64,000 nucleotides of DNA from the human T2T-CHM13v2.0 reference genome, Homo sapiens. The notes below the pieces were generated by a model. It searched no databases. It saw only the letters and a program-made list of their open reading frames with translations, and was not told where the DNA came from. Made by a program: the position numbers and the translations under genes. Positions 28,939-45,152 of this stretch are shown in pieces; the first letter of the stretch is position 1; each line of letters starts with the position of its first letter. The stretch is from the NCBI RefSeq assembly GCF_009914755.1, contig NC_060931.1; one strand, 5' to 3'.

Positions 28939-29072
28939 GTATAGGAGAGAAAGAGGGAGGAAGGAAAAAGAGAAGGGAAGGAAGGAAGAGAAAAGAGAAA
29001 GGGCAAGAAGGAAGGAAGGAAAAAGGAAGAGAAGTAATGGAAAGGAGAAAAGAAGGAAGAAAGGGAGAAAAG
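28632..29072. repeat. Polypurine (GGAA/GGGA/GAA) low-complexity tract, split by the duplicated segment
   Basis: Purine-rich blocks at about 28632-28792 and 28942-29072. Confidence 0.9.
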
Positions 29073-30009
29073 AATACTATTGATGTGGTGAGCATGAATT
29101 TTCTAGGAAAGGTTCTTTCTGCCCTCCTAGGCTAACCATTTCTATTGCACTCCTTTTTTTCTCCTTGGTTGGGCTGTGCTAACTTCTGTCCCACCAAAAG
29201 CCTACATAGTAGAACTTGGTTATGTTCTTCAGGTTTCCAATCTGAAAGGACGGAAAATGAAAACAAGAGAAAACTGTGTTACAACTTAATTAAAACACAT
29301 CAGGTCAAATCATAATTCTGAGCCCAGAGCTGTAAATGGGTCCCTCAGAGACCCTGGGTCTTTCTTGTGCCTGCTGAAGTATTTATTGTCACAAGTCACT
29401 CCTCATACAGTGTCTTGATTTCCCCATCTATGTTGCAGAGAAAACACGCTGTCTGCCTATGTCTGCTGAGAAACCAGCAAACAATGTTCAAAAAGCACCT
29501 TGAGCCTATAAGGTACACGAAGGGGGATGCTGTTTAGTTTCCTCTTTCTATTTCAAAGTCATAGAATAGTCTCAAAAGAACAGTGGGAAAAGCGTGCCTT
29601 GGACTTCGCAGAGCCGTCTAACATTGCACCTGTGTTTCCTGATCCCCTCTCAGAGTCTGTCTGTTTCTTTTCTCCCACTCTATCACGAGGTAAGGCGCAT
29701 CTCCTTGGAATGTTGTCCTTGCTGCCTGCCTGCCAACTGCAGCGCTCCCTTCCAGCTCTGAAGCTCAGTGATTCTCCTAGTGGTAGGAACTCTGTCTCTG
29801 CTGTTTTCAAGCCTGACCCAGCTCAGACCTGAACTTCCTTGCATTAGGGTTTGGCAGCTTCACGAGGCAGCACTGTACTGGCCTGGCCAGCCTGGGGCTT
29901 GTGGAATCACCTACTGAATCAGGTTTACCTCTGGCATTCCAGGCAAGAGCCGGTCATCAATCCTAAATTAACATTTTTGATAGCATTAGTGCCTTTACTA
30001 ATAATATCT

Positions 30010-30460
30010 ACTACTGTTTACTGAACATGGGTGTGGAACATATACTAATGACTTGTGAGTGTTACATGTTGTCCATCAGTATTGTCTATAGTCACAATCT
30101 TATTTAGTTTCACTTAATTCTCATACAACCCTAAAAAAGTAGCTATTTTATATCCATCTTAAGCTTAGCATACTGAAGCCCAGGACGGTTAAGTTACTTG
30201 CCTGAGGTCATTCTACCAGTAAGTGGAGAAGCCCAAATCTAACTAACACTGGTTTGCTTTTTTCCAAAAGTGGTACCACTGCTTAACCATGCTGATCCCC
30301 TACAATATTAGCTGTACTGTACTAAGCACGTACTACATACCACAATTGTGCTGGAAGCTTAATGCTTACAGTCCTATTTAATTCTCACAGTCATCTTCAA
30401 GATGGGAGGATTGGCTCCATTTTTAAGGTAAGGAAACTGAGATTTAGAGAGGTTGAATTG
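30010..30460 (-). mobile_element. MIR fragments
   Basis: ggttaagttacttgcctgaggtca and aggaaactgagatttagagaggtt. Confidence 0.6.
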
Positions 30461-31272
30461 TGCTGTTCTTGTATATTCATTGAAGTCCAGTCAGATTTTT
30501 TCTAATACATTTTATTGTCTATATTTGAGAAATATGACATGATGTTATGAGATACATGAGATACATGATACAGGATTACTGTAGTGAAGCAAATTAACAT
30601 ATTTGTCATCTCATATGGTTACCCATTTTTTCCCCAATAAATGTTTAGAACAGCTCTGAACTTTACCACCAAAACACAAAAGAATTTCCTACAACATGCA
30701 CTTAAAGCCTTTTTTTTTTAACATAGCACAGTATATGCAATTATGTTGAGCATATGGCCATTTAAAATTATACTCTGAGACAGCTCACCTGATGCAAATG
30801 CCTCAGAAATGGACATGGAGGTGTACAAAGATGGGAGATGGCAGAGACAGCTGGGGTTACTGGATGGAGTTGAATCATAGCCTATTTACATGAATACAGG
30901 GGGAGTTAACAGAGGCAGAACTTGGGAGCTGCTTGACGTTCTGTGGGGAGTGAAAAGGAGGAGGCAGATTAAAGAAATGTGAATTTCCAACAGGGTATGC
31001 TTACAAATCCCCAAAATTCATAACCGATTTGTTCAAAGTAAAAAATAAGAACAGGAGTCTGTCATGAGAAAGGAGAACTTCATGTCAGTTTCAAGCCCTG
31101 CACATTGGAGTCAGTACATGCACATTCTTCTTTTTGGTATCCATTCTTTGTTTATATTTAGCAGATTTGAATACAGTTTGGGTTTCTACCCACATACATA
31201 CTAGCCTTACTCTATCTTGATGTACAGGAAGGTTTAGACCTTTCACTAGTAATTCTCTGTAATCGAATGTGA

Positions 31273-32340
<1,068 letters not shown>

Positions 32341-32409
32341 TTGAAACTAATAACCTGCTATGGTATTTTACTTTAATAGTTCGACATCTTTCTATACATC
32401 TACTGGAAA

Positions 32410-32600
32410 GTTATTGCATACATCACTGGAAAGTTGCTTAATCTCTACATGTCTCAGTTTTCTTTTGTGTACACTGGAGATAATAACAGTGTCTTCCTCA
32501 AAGAGGTCCTGTGACCATTCAATTTGGTAATTCTTTAAAGGTTTTCAGAATGGTACCTGGCACATAGTAAATACTCAGGAACTGTTAGCTGTTATTACTT
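32410..32600 (+). mobile_element. MIR
   Basis: gtctcagttttc...acctggcacatagtaaatactca. Confidence 0.7.
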
Positions 32601-34399
32601 AGTTGATTAAAATTATGACTGATTATCCTGCTGGATCAAATATAAACATCCACTGCCTGTCACCAGCCCACCTTGGCTGTCTGCTCTTACTTGCTGCTAA
32701 ACTTTAAGGCCTATGTCTTAAATATCACTTAAGTATCACAGAATTTCCAAGACACTGTAAGTATTATTTTCTGTGTTTTACAAATAAGGGAATTTAGGCA
32801 CAAAATCGGTAAAAGACTTGAATGAAAGCCTGTTTCTCAAGATATTAGCAACAGCCTGTTATCTGGTTCACATCTATATTCCTTGCTCATATTTTATTCT
32901 ATACAAATAAAAGAAGTAATAGTTTTGCAATTAAGTGTTTTTGTGGTTGACATCATTTTCAGGTGTTGCCTTTGGACTCCTACAGCCTTCAGGCCATGGG
33001 AAGGTCTGCTCCCTAATCAGTAGGTTAGCCTAACCTCAGTCACTAAGTTTCAGTCTGAGTAAAGGCACAGTCCCTGAGGGCTGAACATATGTCAAGGTTC
33101 CCAGCCCTTAACATCCTCCAAAGACAAAACCTGCCTTCGTCACCTTGTGGGAACTCAACAAATGGTGGTTGATGAACCATCATGGTATCAGTTTTGAAAA
33201 TAAGCACAGACATTTTTGGTAACCAGCCCACCGTCGCCTAAGTTGTAAAGCAAGTGAAATCAACATTCTTTCTCATTCATTGGGCATAAATTGTTATGGC
33301 TGTTGCCAAGGATGCATGGTACACGTGTAATGTGGGGTCTTTCAGGGAAATTTGACATCAAGCCTAGAGTCTTGAGAGACTAGTTTATATTTTTAAGGAA
33401 CGTTGAAGACTTTAGCATATTTTATAAAGGGCATTTCCAAAACCATACCAGTTTCTCAGCTTATTTTATAATATCGACCACCTGGTCTTTTGCTCAATGT
33501 GATTTCAAAGGGCCTAGTATAATTTTTCTGAGTATCCTAAATCTCCTTGGGTGCCCTGTAAATCCACAATTTGAAATTTATTCTTTTAACATGTCATCTT
33601 GATACTTTGTTTATTGGTTCTAATATACAATCCCTTGGGAAAAATAATATTAAGTCCCATTAATTGTTAATAGTGTGGGTGAATGAGTTTATTAGATTGG
33701 CTCCTAAGAACAAGTTTTGAGTTAGATTGAGGAGGGCAGGGTGGAAGGAGGAGATGATAGCTCTAATAGGCATCTATATTTGGAAGTGCTGGGTAAAAGA
33801 GCACAGTAGTCTGAGGCTGCACAAGGGATACGGGAGGAGGCTTCATGATTTCCCCTGGGCTGCCTCTGCCCACATCTTCTCACCACACATCCAAATGAAT
33901 TCTTCTATACCATTCCATTAGGTAATTATTGTAAGCCTTTAGAAGTAACACCATTACTCTCATGTCACAAAATTCTGTGATTATATTAAAAATTGCTCTT
34001 TTTCTGTTCTGGCATATTTGTTTTCCTCCCTGGTCTTAGATAGCTTTTAGGGTTGGATTAGGTGTTGATGGAAAAGAAGAGTTGAGATCAGGAAAGTAAG
34101 GTGTGATTGTAAGAAGGTCAGAAAGGAGCTCTTGCAGTAAAAGACACCTAGGGCGCTTTCATCCCTGTTACCTCCTTCTGCCATGATACCCATGAGCATG
34201 TGGGAGAGCTTCTTTTCATGGACCCACATGGAGTCCACCTGCTGAATTAATTGATGCTCTTCATTCTCTCTTGAAAACATACCCACTGATACCCACGCCA
34301 CCTTGAATGCTTGCAACCACCAGTCCTGTCCTGTGCTTACCAACATCAGACGTATTTCCAAACTGTCAATACTAGTTGTGTCTATTGCTGTAACTCAAT

Positions 34400-35175
<776 letters not shown>

Positions 35176-35409
35176 AATGGCTTCTACTGTGGTTGAAAAG
35201 GTCATTGTTGTTGTTCTTTATGCTCAATTCAAAGGTTAGGGCTATCCTGACCATTCTCTCTTGTTTCTATGGAGAATCTTATTGTGGATCCATGATTCTT
35301 AAATTCCTTAGTGTGTGACTTAAAGCTATTTATAGTTTTGGCTTATGTTATCAAATATGCTTGTTTGCCACTAAGCAAAGAAAATAAAAATGCAGCTGAT
35401 GTCATCACA

Positions 35410-35650
35410 GTAGCCAACGTTTGACAAGGGCTTACTTTGTACCTGGACTCTGTACTAAGCATTAACTGATATTATTTTGTTTAATCTTCACAACTACCGA
35501 AGAGTAAGTTTCATTATTATTTCTGTTTTATGGGCAATTGAGGCACAGAAGGGCAAAGTAAGTTGCCTAAAGTAACACAGTTAGCAAGTAGTGAAGCCAG
35601 ATTCCAAGCCAGACGGAATCCAGACCCTGTGCTCATAACCACTGTGCTAT
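35410..35650 (-). mobile_element. MIR
   Basis: tttaatcttcacaac...ttgaggcacagaag...aagtaagttgcctaaagtaacacag. Confidence 0.75.
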
Positions 35651-37149
35651 TTATTTTTAGATACCTTAAGTCGTTGTTCCTGCTTAATATGTTTATGACC
35701 CCTCTTCGGGGGGCAGGGGCAGAGGGAAACAAAGATTGATTACCTGCCAATGTTCCTTTATGTCTAGAAGGTGGTAAAACACTGGTTGTTTTGCACCGTC
35801 ACTGTTATCTATGAACAACTCTGTTAAATCTTGTAAGAGACAGAGTGGAAAATGTAACACTTAGCACCTCAGACCAATCATCAGTAATGCAGAGGGACGT
35901 GAGTGCACGGGTGTGTGTGTGAGTGTGTGTGTGACCCTCTCTCTGCTGCTCACCAAGAAGAAACTGGTATTTTAGTGCCCTTTTGTGCCACTGTGCTTTT
36001 AACTGCTGTTAAGATAAGGAGTAATGTCCCTCCAGCTGTACATAATAGTGTTGTAATTCCATCAAGGGGCTTTGATAACTTCATAAACCCTGACAGAAAA
36101 GCTTGAGTGGATTTTCATGTCACCATAACACCAAGATGGGATTACAGCCTTAATTTACTGGGTGTACATTTTGGGAGGTACATTACTTAATGTTAAATCT
36201 TGTTAAAAACAAATCAGCTGATGCCATCTGGCTGTTCCCGTTCCACAGTGGTCTCCAAGCTGCACCCTGATTTTGGGTCTTTGTTCTCCGTCACCCTGCT
36301 TTTCCTGATTTTTATTTTCCTCATCATCATAATTGCCCTGATCATCATCATCATGCATACCTTATACTCATATAACTTTTTTTTTAAGTTTACAGAGTGT
36401 TTTTCATACATGATCCTATGAGCCTCAATACTTGCTTTTCTCTCTCCTCTTGAACATCTGAAATTTAGTTATTTGTGTTGTATGGAACAAATGTCTGTTG
36501 GCCATTTTTTAAGAATAAAAGCAATGTGTGCACACTGAAAACTTTCAGACAGTGCAGGAAGGCATAAAATGAAAAGTAAAGTTTCCTTTCCTTCTGCCTT
36601 CCAAAGTGCTTCCCCCACAGGTGATCCTTGTTAATGGTTTCTTTCATATCATTCCAAAAAATGTATTCATATACTAAAACTTATAGCATTCCACAAAAAA
36701 TATTATGCATTTATGTTTGCCTGCCTAGCCATTTGTCTATCCACTTCTCCTTTTTGATTTATGCAAATGAGATTGTTTGCCCAATGTCTTTTTAAAATAC
36801 TTAATTATATATCCTAGGCATCTGTCCATATCATTACAAGTAGCTTTCCATCAGTTTTTGTACATAACAATACCAGCCATTTAGAGGTCTGTCTTTCAAA
36901 TATCATTTTAGGTAAAAAAAAAAAAAAAAAAAAAAAGTGTGAGTTAAGGATGACTCTGGTTGAAAAGATGGGCTTGAATGAGCCAGATCTTATCAGAATA
37001 AATCTCAATCCAGTCCACTGGAGAATAAAGAAAATGGAACTTTTGTTTTGAAAATTCTTTTTCATGCTCTGTGTTTAATATAACAGCAGGGCATTCTGCA
37101 AATGTTATCACAGTGCCACGTTCCTGTGAGGCTGGTCGGAGTCCACACG

Positions 37150-37330
37150 GGGAGTGGGCATGGTGTTGAGGGAAGCACTCTGGACCAGGTGCCTGGGGAC
37201 CAGTCACATAATATGTGATTCACCATATTAACCCATCTGAGCTCAGCTTTCTCCCCTGTAAAATGGGGTTAATCATATCTATCTCGTATGAGTGCCATGA
37301 GCATTAAATGAGATGATTATTTTTGCCTCG
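37150..37330 (+). mobile_element. MIR
   Basis: ctcagctttctcccctgtaaaatgggg...attaaatgagat. Confidence 0.65.
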
Positions 37331-39149
37331 ATAAATGGTGAGTTTTATGAGTATTCTGAGGCTTCTTCCTACACCATAACTGATGAAATAACTTTCCTTA
37401 CAGGAGGCTCATTTTTTAATGGTTATTGTCTCTTTATAACTTAGCATTTATTGTTGTCCCATAGATTGCATGCTTCTAATGTAATGAAAGTGACTTTGAA
37501 ATGTGACTTATAGGAGCTGGTCTCATTGATTTATAGTTACATTTTGCTTCATTTGCTTGTTATTTTCTCTCTCACAGCCTGGCACATGGCCGGGGCTTTG
37601 TAAATCCTGGTTGATCCAGAGATATGTGAGCTTTGGATGTTGTATTGAGAGGCTGGCTACGTGAGGCTGTCAATGAATTGCCGAATTTGGAAGAAAAGTC
37701 CACATTCTGAAATGTGTGTTCCAACCTGCCTTCCAAAGCCCTGGCACCATCTCTTTTTAATATAATAACAGTCTCCTGCAAATTTCCTAGTATGCACATC
37801 TTTTAAATTTAACTTTTGCTCCATTAGACTTCCTGTGAAGTGATATGTGCTCCATAAAACACAGAGGCTTCATCAGGCTGACACACTTGCCTAGTACTTT
37901 GCAATATGGTTTTTTTTAAGGTAGTAACATATTTTCTTAGAAAAACAAATTTCTCCAGAGGACAGGGCTCCTAAGATAAACAGTACAATCTGAGGAGCCA
38001 TACAGGATAATGCCCAGGCTCGCCTCTGCACAGCACTGAGCCTGTAGAACTGACCTTTGGGAAGCACACTGTTGCCTCTTTGCAGATGCTACCTATGGCA
38101 GAGCATCACCAGGGCTGGAAACAGAGAAGGGAGCTGGAGAGGTGGGAGGTGTCAGGGCGGGAATGGGAGAGTATGGGACGGAAAGATCCATTAATCCAGT
38201 CAGTGTGCAGAGGCTGCAAGAGAAAATATAAATCTGGGAACAGCTCTGCTTGGTGAATGCCTCTGCCAGAGTTTGAGTAACTGACAAATTATCATAATGT
38301 AATTGGCTGGCAGGGTCAGCCCTTCTCCTGGAGCATTAGCCATGGGGATGGTAGGAAGAGGCAGATAAGGAATTGGAGGGCAGTGTTTTGTCTGTCACCA
38401 GGAAGGAGTTTTCATTTCAGCACTGCTTAGATCAATATTATGGCCCTGGAGACAGCCCTCTTCAAATTAGTAAAGTTCCCATTTTTGAAAAATTTCTTCC
38501 TTAAAAATAAAATCTAAGAATTCCACTTCACTGCCCATGCCAAAGTCTAAACCAAAGCCAAACAAAAGAAAACAATCGAGAAAGAATAGAAGGTTTTCCT
38601 TTTCCTTTCTACTCTTTCCCCTACTTTTGGAAGTTCTTCCTGGAACTTGGGGATCGCATATCTTTTGACTGACACTTCTCAGAATGATTGATTTGTGTAA
38701 GTTACTTCATTGATTGCCTACTTATTGTGCAGGCAGTGCCTTATCCTTTCTAAGCAAAGCTATGGTACATTTCTTTTCTTTTCACCTAGTTATTACATTA
38801 GCCTATACAGAGAAAGATTCAGACACATTTCCTTGTTCTTCCAGGGGTGTTACATCTGGGTCATTTTGTTGTTCATGCTATTTTCAGAAACTTAGAAGAT
38901 CATCCACACCTACCGCTTCTTTAAGAAACATATGTATATATATTTTAAGTGTCTTCTGCTTTACTTTATTAAAATTGTTTTCAAACCTCAGGTACAGAGA
39001 GTTGAATTAATTAACACTATAAACTAACTTCTCAGATCAGAGATCATTGTCATCACAGATGAGAGAAAATTTCCACTCTTGCTCTATTTTCTCCTATCTT
39101 CAGTTTCCACGCCCATTCTCTTCTTCTGCATGGATCCATGTAAAATTCA

Positions 39150-39855
39150 TAGCTGTGTGTGTGTGAAGTGAATGGTATTGTGCGTTTCTTGTGCTATTAC
39201 TTTTTTCACGCAACATCATTTTAAAGATTTCTTTTTGTTGCACACTTCTTCATTGCTTCTAACTGCTCTGCAGCATTCCGTCATCTGAATGTACCCATTT
39301 TATTTATCCATTTCTACAATCGATCTTGGAACATTTTCAGCCTCCCCAAAAGAAACTTAGTGCCCATAGGCATCACTCCCCGTCCCCATCCCCTTAGTCC
39401 TAGGCAACCAGAATCTACTTTCTGTATCCATGGATTTGCCTATTCTGGACATTTCATATAAGTGGGACTCATACTACATGTCATCTGCTGTGACTGGTTT
39501 TGTTTATTTAGCATAATGTTGTCAAGGTTCATCCATGTTGTAGTATGTGTCAGAATTTCATTCTCTTTAATGGCCAAATAATATTCCATTGTATGGATGT
39601 ACCACATGTTGTTTATCCATTCCTCAATAATGGACATTTGGGTTGTTTCCACTTTTTGGTTATTATGAATAATGCTGATAGGAACATCTGTGTACACATT
39701 TTTGTATGGACATGAGTTTTATTTCTCTTGGGAATAAACTTAGGAGTGGAATTTCTGGGTCATGTGGTAACTCTATGTTTAGCTCTTTGTAGAACCTCCA
39801 GATTGTTTTCTGTTTTTCAAAATGGCGGCACCATTTTACAATCCCAACAATTTGA
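39150..39855 (-). mobile_element. Old L1 (L1MB-like) 3' fragment
   Basis: ctaggcaacc...tttgcctattctggacatttcatat. Minus-strand ORFs 39440..39697 and 39663..39971 carry L1 3' remnants (IELPHDPEIPLL, MWYIHTMEYY). Confidence 0.88.
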
Positions 39856-40689
39856 GGGTTCCCGTTGGGATCCAGTATTGTAAGGACAGACTGCATCACT
39901 GGCCTGTGTAGTGGCCAAGACCTGCTCGTATGAGAGGGATGTGCATAGATCTTGTATATGTGGGCTGCCATTTATTTATGGCAATGATTATCATCCAGGG
40001 TTATCCCACCTCATCTTGAGAGCTCAATTTTAGGACTATTTTTATGAGCAATTCTCTGGTTAACTTTGTTCACTGAAAATAACTGAGCTTTGCAGGATTT
40101 GGAGTCAGGAAACCTAAATTCAAGCCCAGATTCTGCTACTTATTTGGTGATCTTGAATAAATTGTCCAAGCCTCAGCTTCCTCATTTATAAAGTGTGTTT
40201 ACATGGGGCCACTCTTGGTGTGGATAGAGCTGGGGTTGGGAAAAAAATAGGGGTGTATTGGGGGTCAGAACTAGAGAATAGGGACCCCAAGGAGTTACAA
40301 TTAACTAATTAAAACCTGGCCTTCCAGGCCATTATGAATGTATGTATTTGTCAAGGTTGAAGGTAGAATATATTTGTTACTTGATTGGTAACTTTAAATA
40401 ATTTAGTTATGTGGGATGTGGGCTTCCATGTGTATTCTTGCCCTGGGTCCCACAAATGTTATAGGGATGCTTTTTCAAGATCACCATTCTTGTATCGACC
40501 TGTGTGAGAATATAGGGACATTTAGTCTATGCGTATTTAATTTCCCTGAGTTCATCTAGGTCAATTTCCAGAATGACCATAGAAATTTACACTAATAATA
40601 TAGGGTTCTTAGATCTCCATATCAGCACCAACACTTGTAATTATTCACCTTTCTATTTTTTCATTGTTTTTCTTGTTTTAATTTGCATT

Positions 40690-41033
40690 TCTCTGACTGT
40701 AAGTTTGAGCATCTCTTCACGGATACAAAATATGAATAGGAATCCAAAAAGAGAAAGTCAATAGGCTGGAAACTCAGGTAAAGTTTCTATGTTGCAGTCT
40801 TGAGGCAGTTGTTTCTTCTTTGGGAAACCTCAGTCTTTGTTCTTAATGCCTCCAAGTGAGGCATTATGAGGCCCACCAACATTATGAAGGATAATCTGCT
40901 TTATTCAAAGTCTACTGGTTTAAATGCTAATCACATCTAAATAATTCCTTCACAGCAATGTCTTGACTTGTGCTTGGCCAAACAACTGGTCACCATAGCC
41001 TAGCTAAGTTGGCTCATAAAATTAACCATCACA
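40690..41033 (-). mobile_element. MLT2 (ERVL) LTR
   Basis: gttgcagtcttgaggcag...ctagctaagttggctcataaaattaaccatcaca terminus. Confidence 0.8.
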
Positions 41034-42149
41034 CCTCTGAACTCTTCCCTGAACCACTTATTTGTCTTACAATTATATGAAGGCAGGCTAATGACATCTC
41101 TCGCATTGTCATCTTTCGGTATGTAGCTTTGGAAGTGTGTAGGTTTGCCTTTCCAACTCCTTGAAGATAAAGACCATATCTTATACTTCTTATGGGTTTC
41201 CTGGAATGCCTAGTGGGGTGCTACACAGACCTTGCTTAATAAACTACTGTCCACAAATGAATGCACAGGAGAAGCAGCTTTTTGAAGAAAACATCGAAGT
41301 AACTATTTGGAGTTAAGAATAGAACTTGGGTCTTTTGCATCCCATTCTTTTACTCCTCAGTTATACACCAAAAGACTTCAACACATTCTTCATTTAGTTC
41401 TTGATTGGAATTTTAGTGGGGTAAATTTTGTGACCAGGTAGGCTTTTCATCAGCTTGAGTTTAAACTCTTTGAAATTGGCCCATGAATTTGATGCTGTTC
41501 TCTTGGTCTTTTTCACAACTGAAACATTGGGCCGTTGGTGGGACGTTCTGTGCCTTGAAACTTTTAATACGTGCAGCTCCATCTCCTCTATCACTTTTTA
41601 GATTCCTAGTCCATACCTTTTACAATTAAATGCATGATGTCCCAGTAGACTTTGGGATATTGGGTCCCAACTTCTGTAAACTCCAATAGACCTGAGCTCT
41701 GTAATTTTCTTAGCTGTCAGTTGAAATGTCTTCTAAAATGTGTTAAACTGTCTCAGGCTTACCCAGAAAATGACCGTTGTTAGTGACAGATGACATTCAT
41801 GGTACCACCCTAAAAGCAAAGAATAATTATAGTAAGATAATTAGGCATTAGGGCATTGATGGGGCCAAACGAATGTGGAGAAAGTTAAACATGCAGAAAT
41901 ATCTGGCTCTAGGTCTTATATGTGTTGGGAACTTTCCAAAATTCGGAGCATAGAAATTCCCATGATGCTAGCTCAGTAAATTTTCAAGCCATTGGAATCT
42001 CTACTGACCTTTGGAAAACATAGCAGATTCTTCTTTTAATCACACAACCAGCTGTCCTAAGGGCCAATTAGCCCGAATTATGTTTTTTTCTAATTACGTA
42101 TTTGTTAAATATTACCGTTATTAATTTTCTGTATCAGTTTTCCCTAGAT

Positions 42150-42714
42150 CAGAGGTTCTCAAACTTTGTCAGTTCCAGACATCCTCAGTATTTCAATAAC
42201 TTTTCTTCTGGCATGCCTAGGCCAAAAGAAATACCATACTATTCTGCTTATTAAATAATTAGGTCAAAACTACTTAATAAGCATGGAAGCATCTATGTAG
42301 ATATTTGAAATAAATAATACACAGATATTAAAAGATTAAGGAGGAATCATCTTATTTCATTCTTAAATAAGCATAATTACTTCCTAATGGAATACATGTA
42401 GGTACCTGTTGGGCTCTGCACAATTTTTCAAGTCTTAGAATCGAATTGGACACCACCACCCTCATTTCCATTCCACATTTATTTTTGCATGATGTTGGCT
42501 TTTAACAGCAATTGCCAAAAATTCAGCTTTGTGAAGATGTGAAATAATCTAAAAGCATATAAGTATGATCTAATGTTGAAATGCTGATAATCTTGAGTTT
42601 TCTCAGTGTCCAACAGATGTCAAATACTGCTGTGTATTCTTCAAAATATAACATATTCTGTGGCATCCCTGTGAGTTCAGTACAGCATCCTGGAGCACAC
42701 AGTTTGGAAACTGC
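42150..42714. mobile_element. hAT-Charlie-like DNA transposon
   Basis: Imperfect inverted termini cagaggttctcaaact ... agtttggaaactg around an AT-rich body. Confidence 0.55.
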
Positions 42715-43420
42715 AACCCTACACATTAAACATGAATGATTAGGTCCAACACTCAAATCTGTCAAATTTACAAAGAATGGGAATTTCTGATTTATACTTA
42801 AGACTGAAATTTCTCCTAGGGATCGCATCTGGTATTTAGTACCTACACACCTCGCTGTTCTTCACTTCCTTAGGAAGCTATATGCTTATGTTCAGGATAG
42901 CATTTTTCCCCTCTTCTAATTTTCTACCTTTGGAAATGTTCACAGCCTGCTGTTTCCTTCTCTAATTCCTTGTCAGTAATCATGCTGGCCAAAATGACCT
43001 GGTGAGAAATGTTGTTTATTTCACTGGATGCCTGTTTTTTTTTTAACATCCTGTTTTATTTTGGTTATTAATTATTATCAAGTATCCTGAGCATGAGAAA
43101 CCTAATACAGAGCTTACATAAGGGGGAAAAAGAATGCTATTTTCTCTTAGAGGTTACATGCTGCAAAGCGTGTCATTGCTGATGGTTTGCTTCAAACCCT
43201 TAGCCCTTTGTGAGCCAGCAGATGTCACATGAACTAAGACCCTAGAGCACATCAGCCACTTGGTTGGTTTCACATGCCTGTTTTCTAGCCTCTTCAGTGG
43301 ATTTTAATACCTTGGCCTTTGGCTGCTTTTCTGAAGAAGCCTCATGACATCACTAAGCTTCAGGCTCGAAGATATTTTATCCATACTTTATGGCACTCTT
43401 AGTCTGACAAAGATTTTGCT

Positions 43421-43582
43421 GCTTCTCCTTCCTCCTCTTTCTCCTCTTCCTCCTTTTCTTACTCCTCTTCTTCCTCTCTTCCTCCTCCTCTTCTCTTCTT
43501 TCTTCTCCTTCTCCTCTCCCTCCTGCTGTTCTTTTCCTCCTCTTCCTCCTTCTCCTCCTTCTCTGTCTTCTTGTTCTTCTTA
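43421..43582. repeat. Polypyrimidine (CCT/TCT) low-complexity tract
   Basis: About 160 nt, almost entirely C/T. Confidence 0.9.
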
Positions 43583-45152
43583 TTAACGTTTTCATAGTTT
43601 CCCTTGGAATATTTTAGCCCTGAAGAGCTAAACACTAAACACCAAGCCTATTGGTTGAGTGGTTATAGTAGCTGAGGTCAGTGCTGTCTCCCAGACCCCT
43701 AGATGCAGGATACCCTTCTAAGGGACAGGGAGATTGGGAATTGGGAATGGAGCAATGCCTGGTTGTGGAGGGGGCTGAAAGAGAAGTTGGACTCAAAATG
43801 GCCACCATTGCCAATTCCTTTGCTTTACAGTTTAAAAGTGACTCTGTAAGATGTCGGTCGAGCTCTCCTCAGCCTCTTCTCTCTTCCCCGACTACTTTCC
43901 CTGCATCTCTGCCTCTTCTATCTCCCTCATCCATCCCTTACTTCCTCACCTTCTCCGCCTCCCACCTATAAAATGTTCTTGGGCTGTCCCCAGTCAGGTG
44001 GATATTGCCTAACTCCTGTGTGATATCAATAACCCATGCTAGTGAAGCCAATGAGGTAATTTTCCCTGAAGCTCTAAATATAATTTAACAAGTTAAACAC
44101 TGTAACATTGTGGTGAATGCGCTATTAAGGGACTGTAAATTGCTTACATAGCATCAATAAACACAGTGCCCTAAAGCCAGGGGCCGTTAAGATTTTATAA
44201 TCTAAAGCAGCACTTGGAGTATCACCCCGAGGCTTCAGCTTCAAGTCAGATAAAAACAACGCCGGCTGAAGGCTTCAGTTGATGCCAAATGTTCATAGGA
44301 ACACAACAAGCTTTAGGGGGTAATTACTTTCTGAATACTTGATGTGGATTTGCTGAGAAACACATCTGTTATCAAATTTGCCAATGATTAATTTGATTCT
44401 TCCATTTCCACAGAAAAAGGGGCAAGTGAAGTTGATGATTACCAGTGCCAAGCCGATTGGTATATGGCATCTCCCACAGATTCAAGTATTATATTCTTGG
44501 GATAGGAAAAAAAAAAAATCAGTATAATCTCCTCTCACACATACATTGGATTAAACCCTATAGGATTATGTGTATAGAAAAACATTTTCTGTAATTAAAT
44601 TATCTTTGGTGTTGTTGAAAAAGGTGCAGAGTTTTAAAAGTTAATGGCTTCTTTTGGAAACAGAATAGTTCGTGTTTCAGATTTTGCAAGTCCCCAAGCT
44701 TCCTTCCCCTTCTTTTTCCTTTCCTCTGATGTCCGCCCACCCCTAGCCAAATCCTTTCACAAAACACACCTCCCCTCTGTAATTCCTTCCCGGGTTCATA
44801 TTCTCAGCCAACTGGTGACTAACCCTTTTTGTGTTTTAACTATTATCCAGAATATTTGGTCTAAAGCATTTGCATTTGAGCTCTGGAAAGCTCTTAGCAT
44901 TTTACAAATGTTACCCCATTAATCACTGCAGCCATCAGCCTGACAGTGTTTACCTTCTATTTAAAAGTGGTGGAAAAAAGAAAGCTCTGAGTGGTCCCGA
45001 GACCTGACCAAGGTTGCTTGGTGAGTCGGGAGGGGACAAGGGAGGAGAACTCACTGTCTCAGGCCTCCCAGCTCTCACACCTGCCATGCCACACACTCCT
45101 AAAACCTGCGTAGGACCTTTGGGTCTGCAGGGTCTCAGGGTCACCTCTATGA

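Noticed and set aside
30548-30570. Small tandem repeat tgagataca (and actggaaagtt twice near 32400-32435)
   Set aside because: Short slippage duplications of ordinary frequency
43344-43595. Pro/Leu-rich and Arg/Glu-rich ORFs, also at 28553-29095
   Set aside because: Translations of low-complexity purine/pyrimidine tracts
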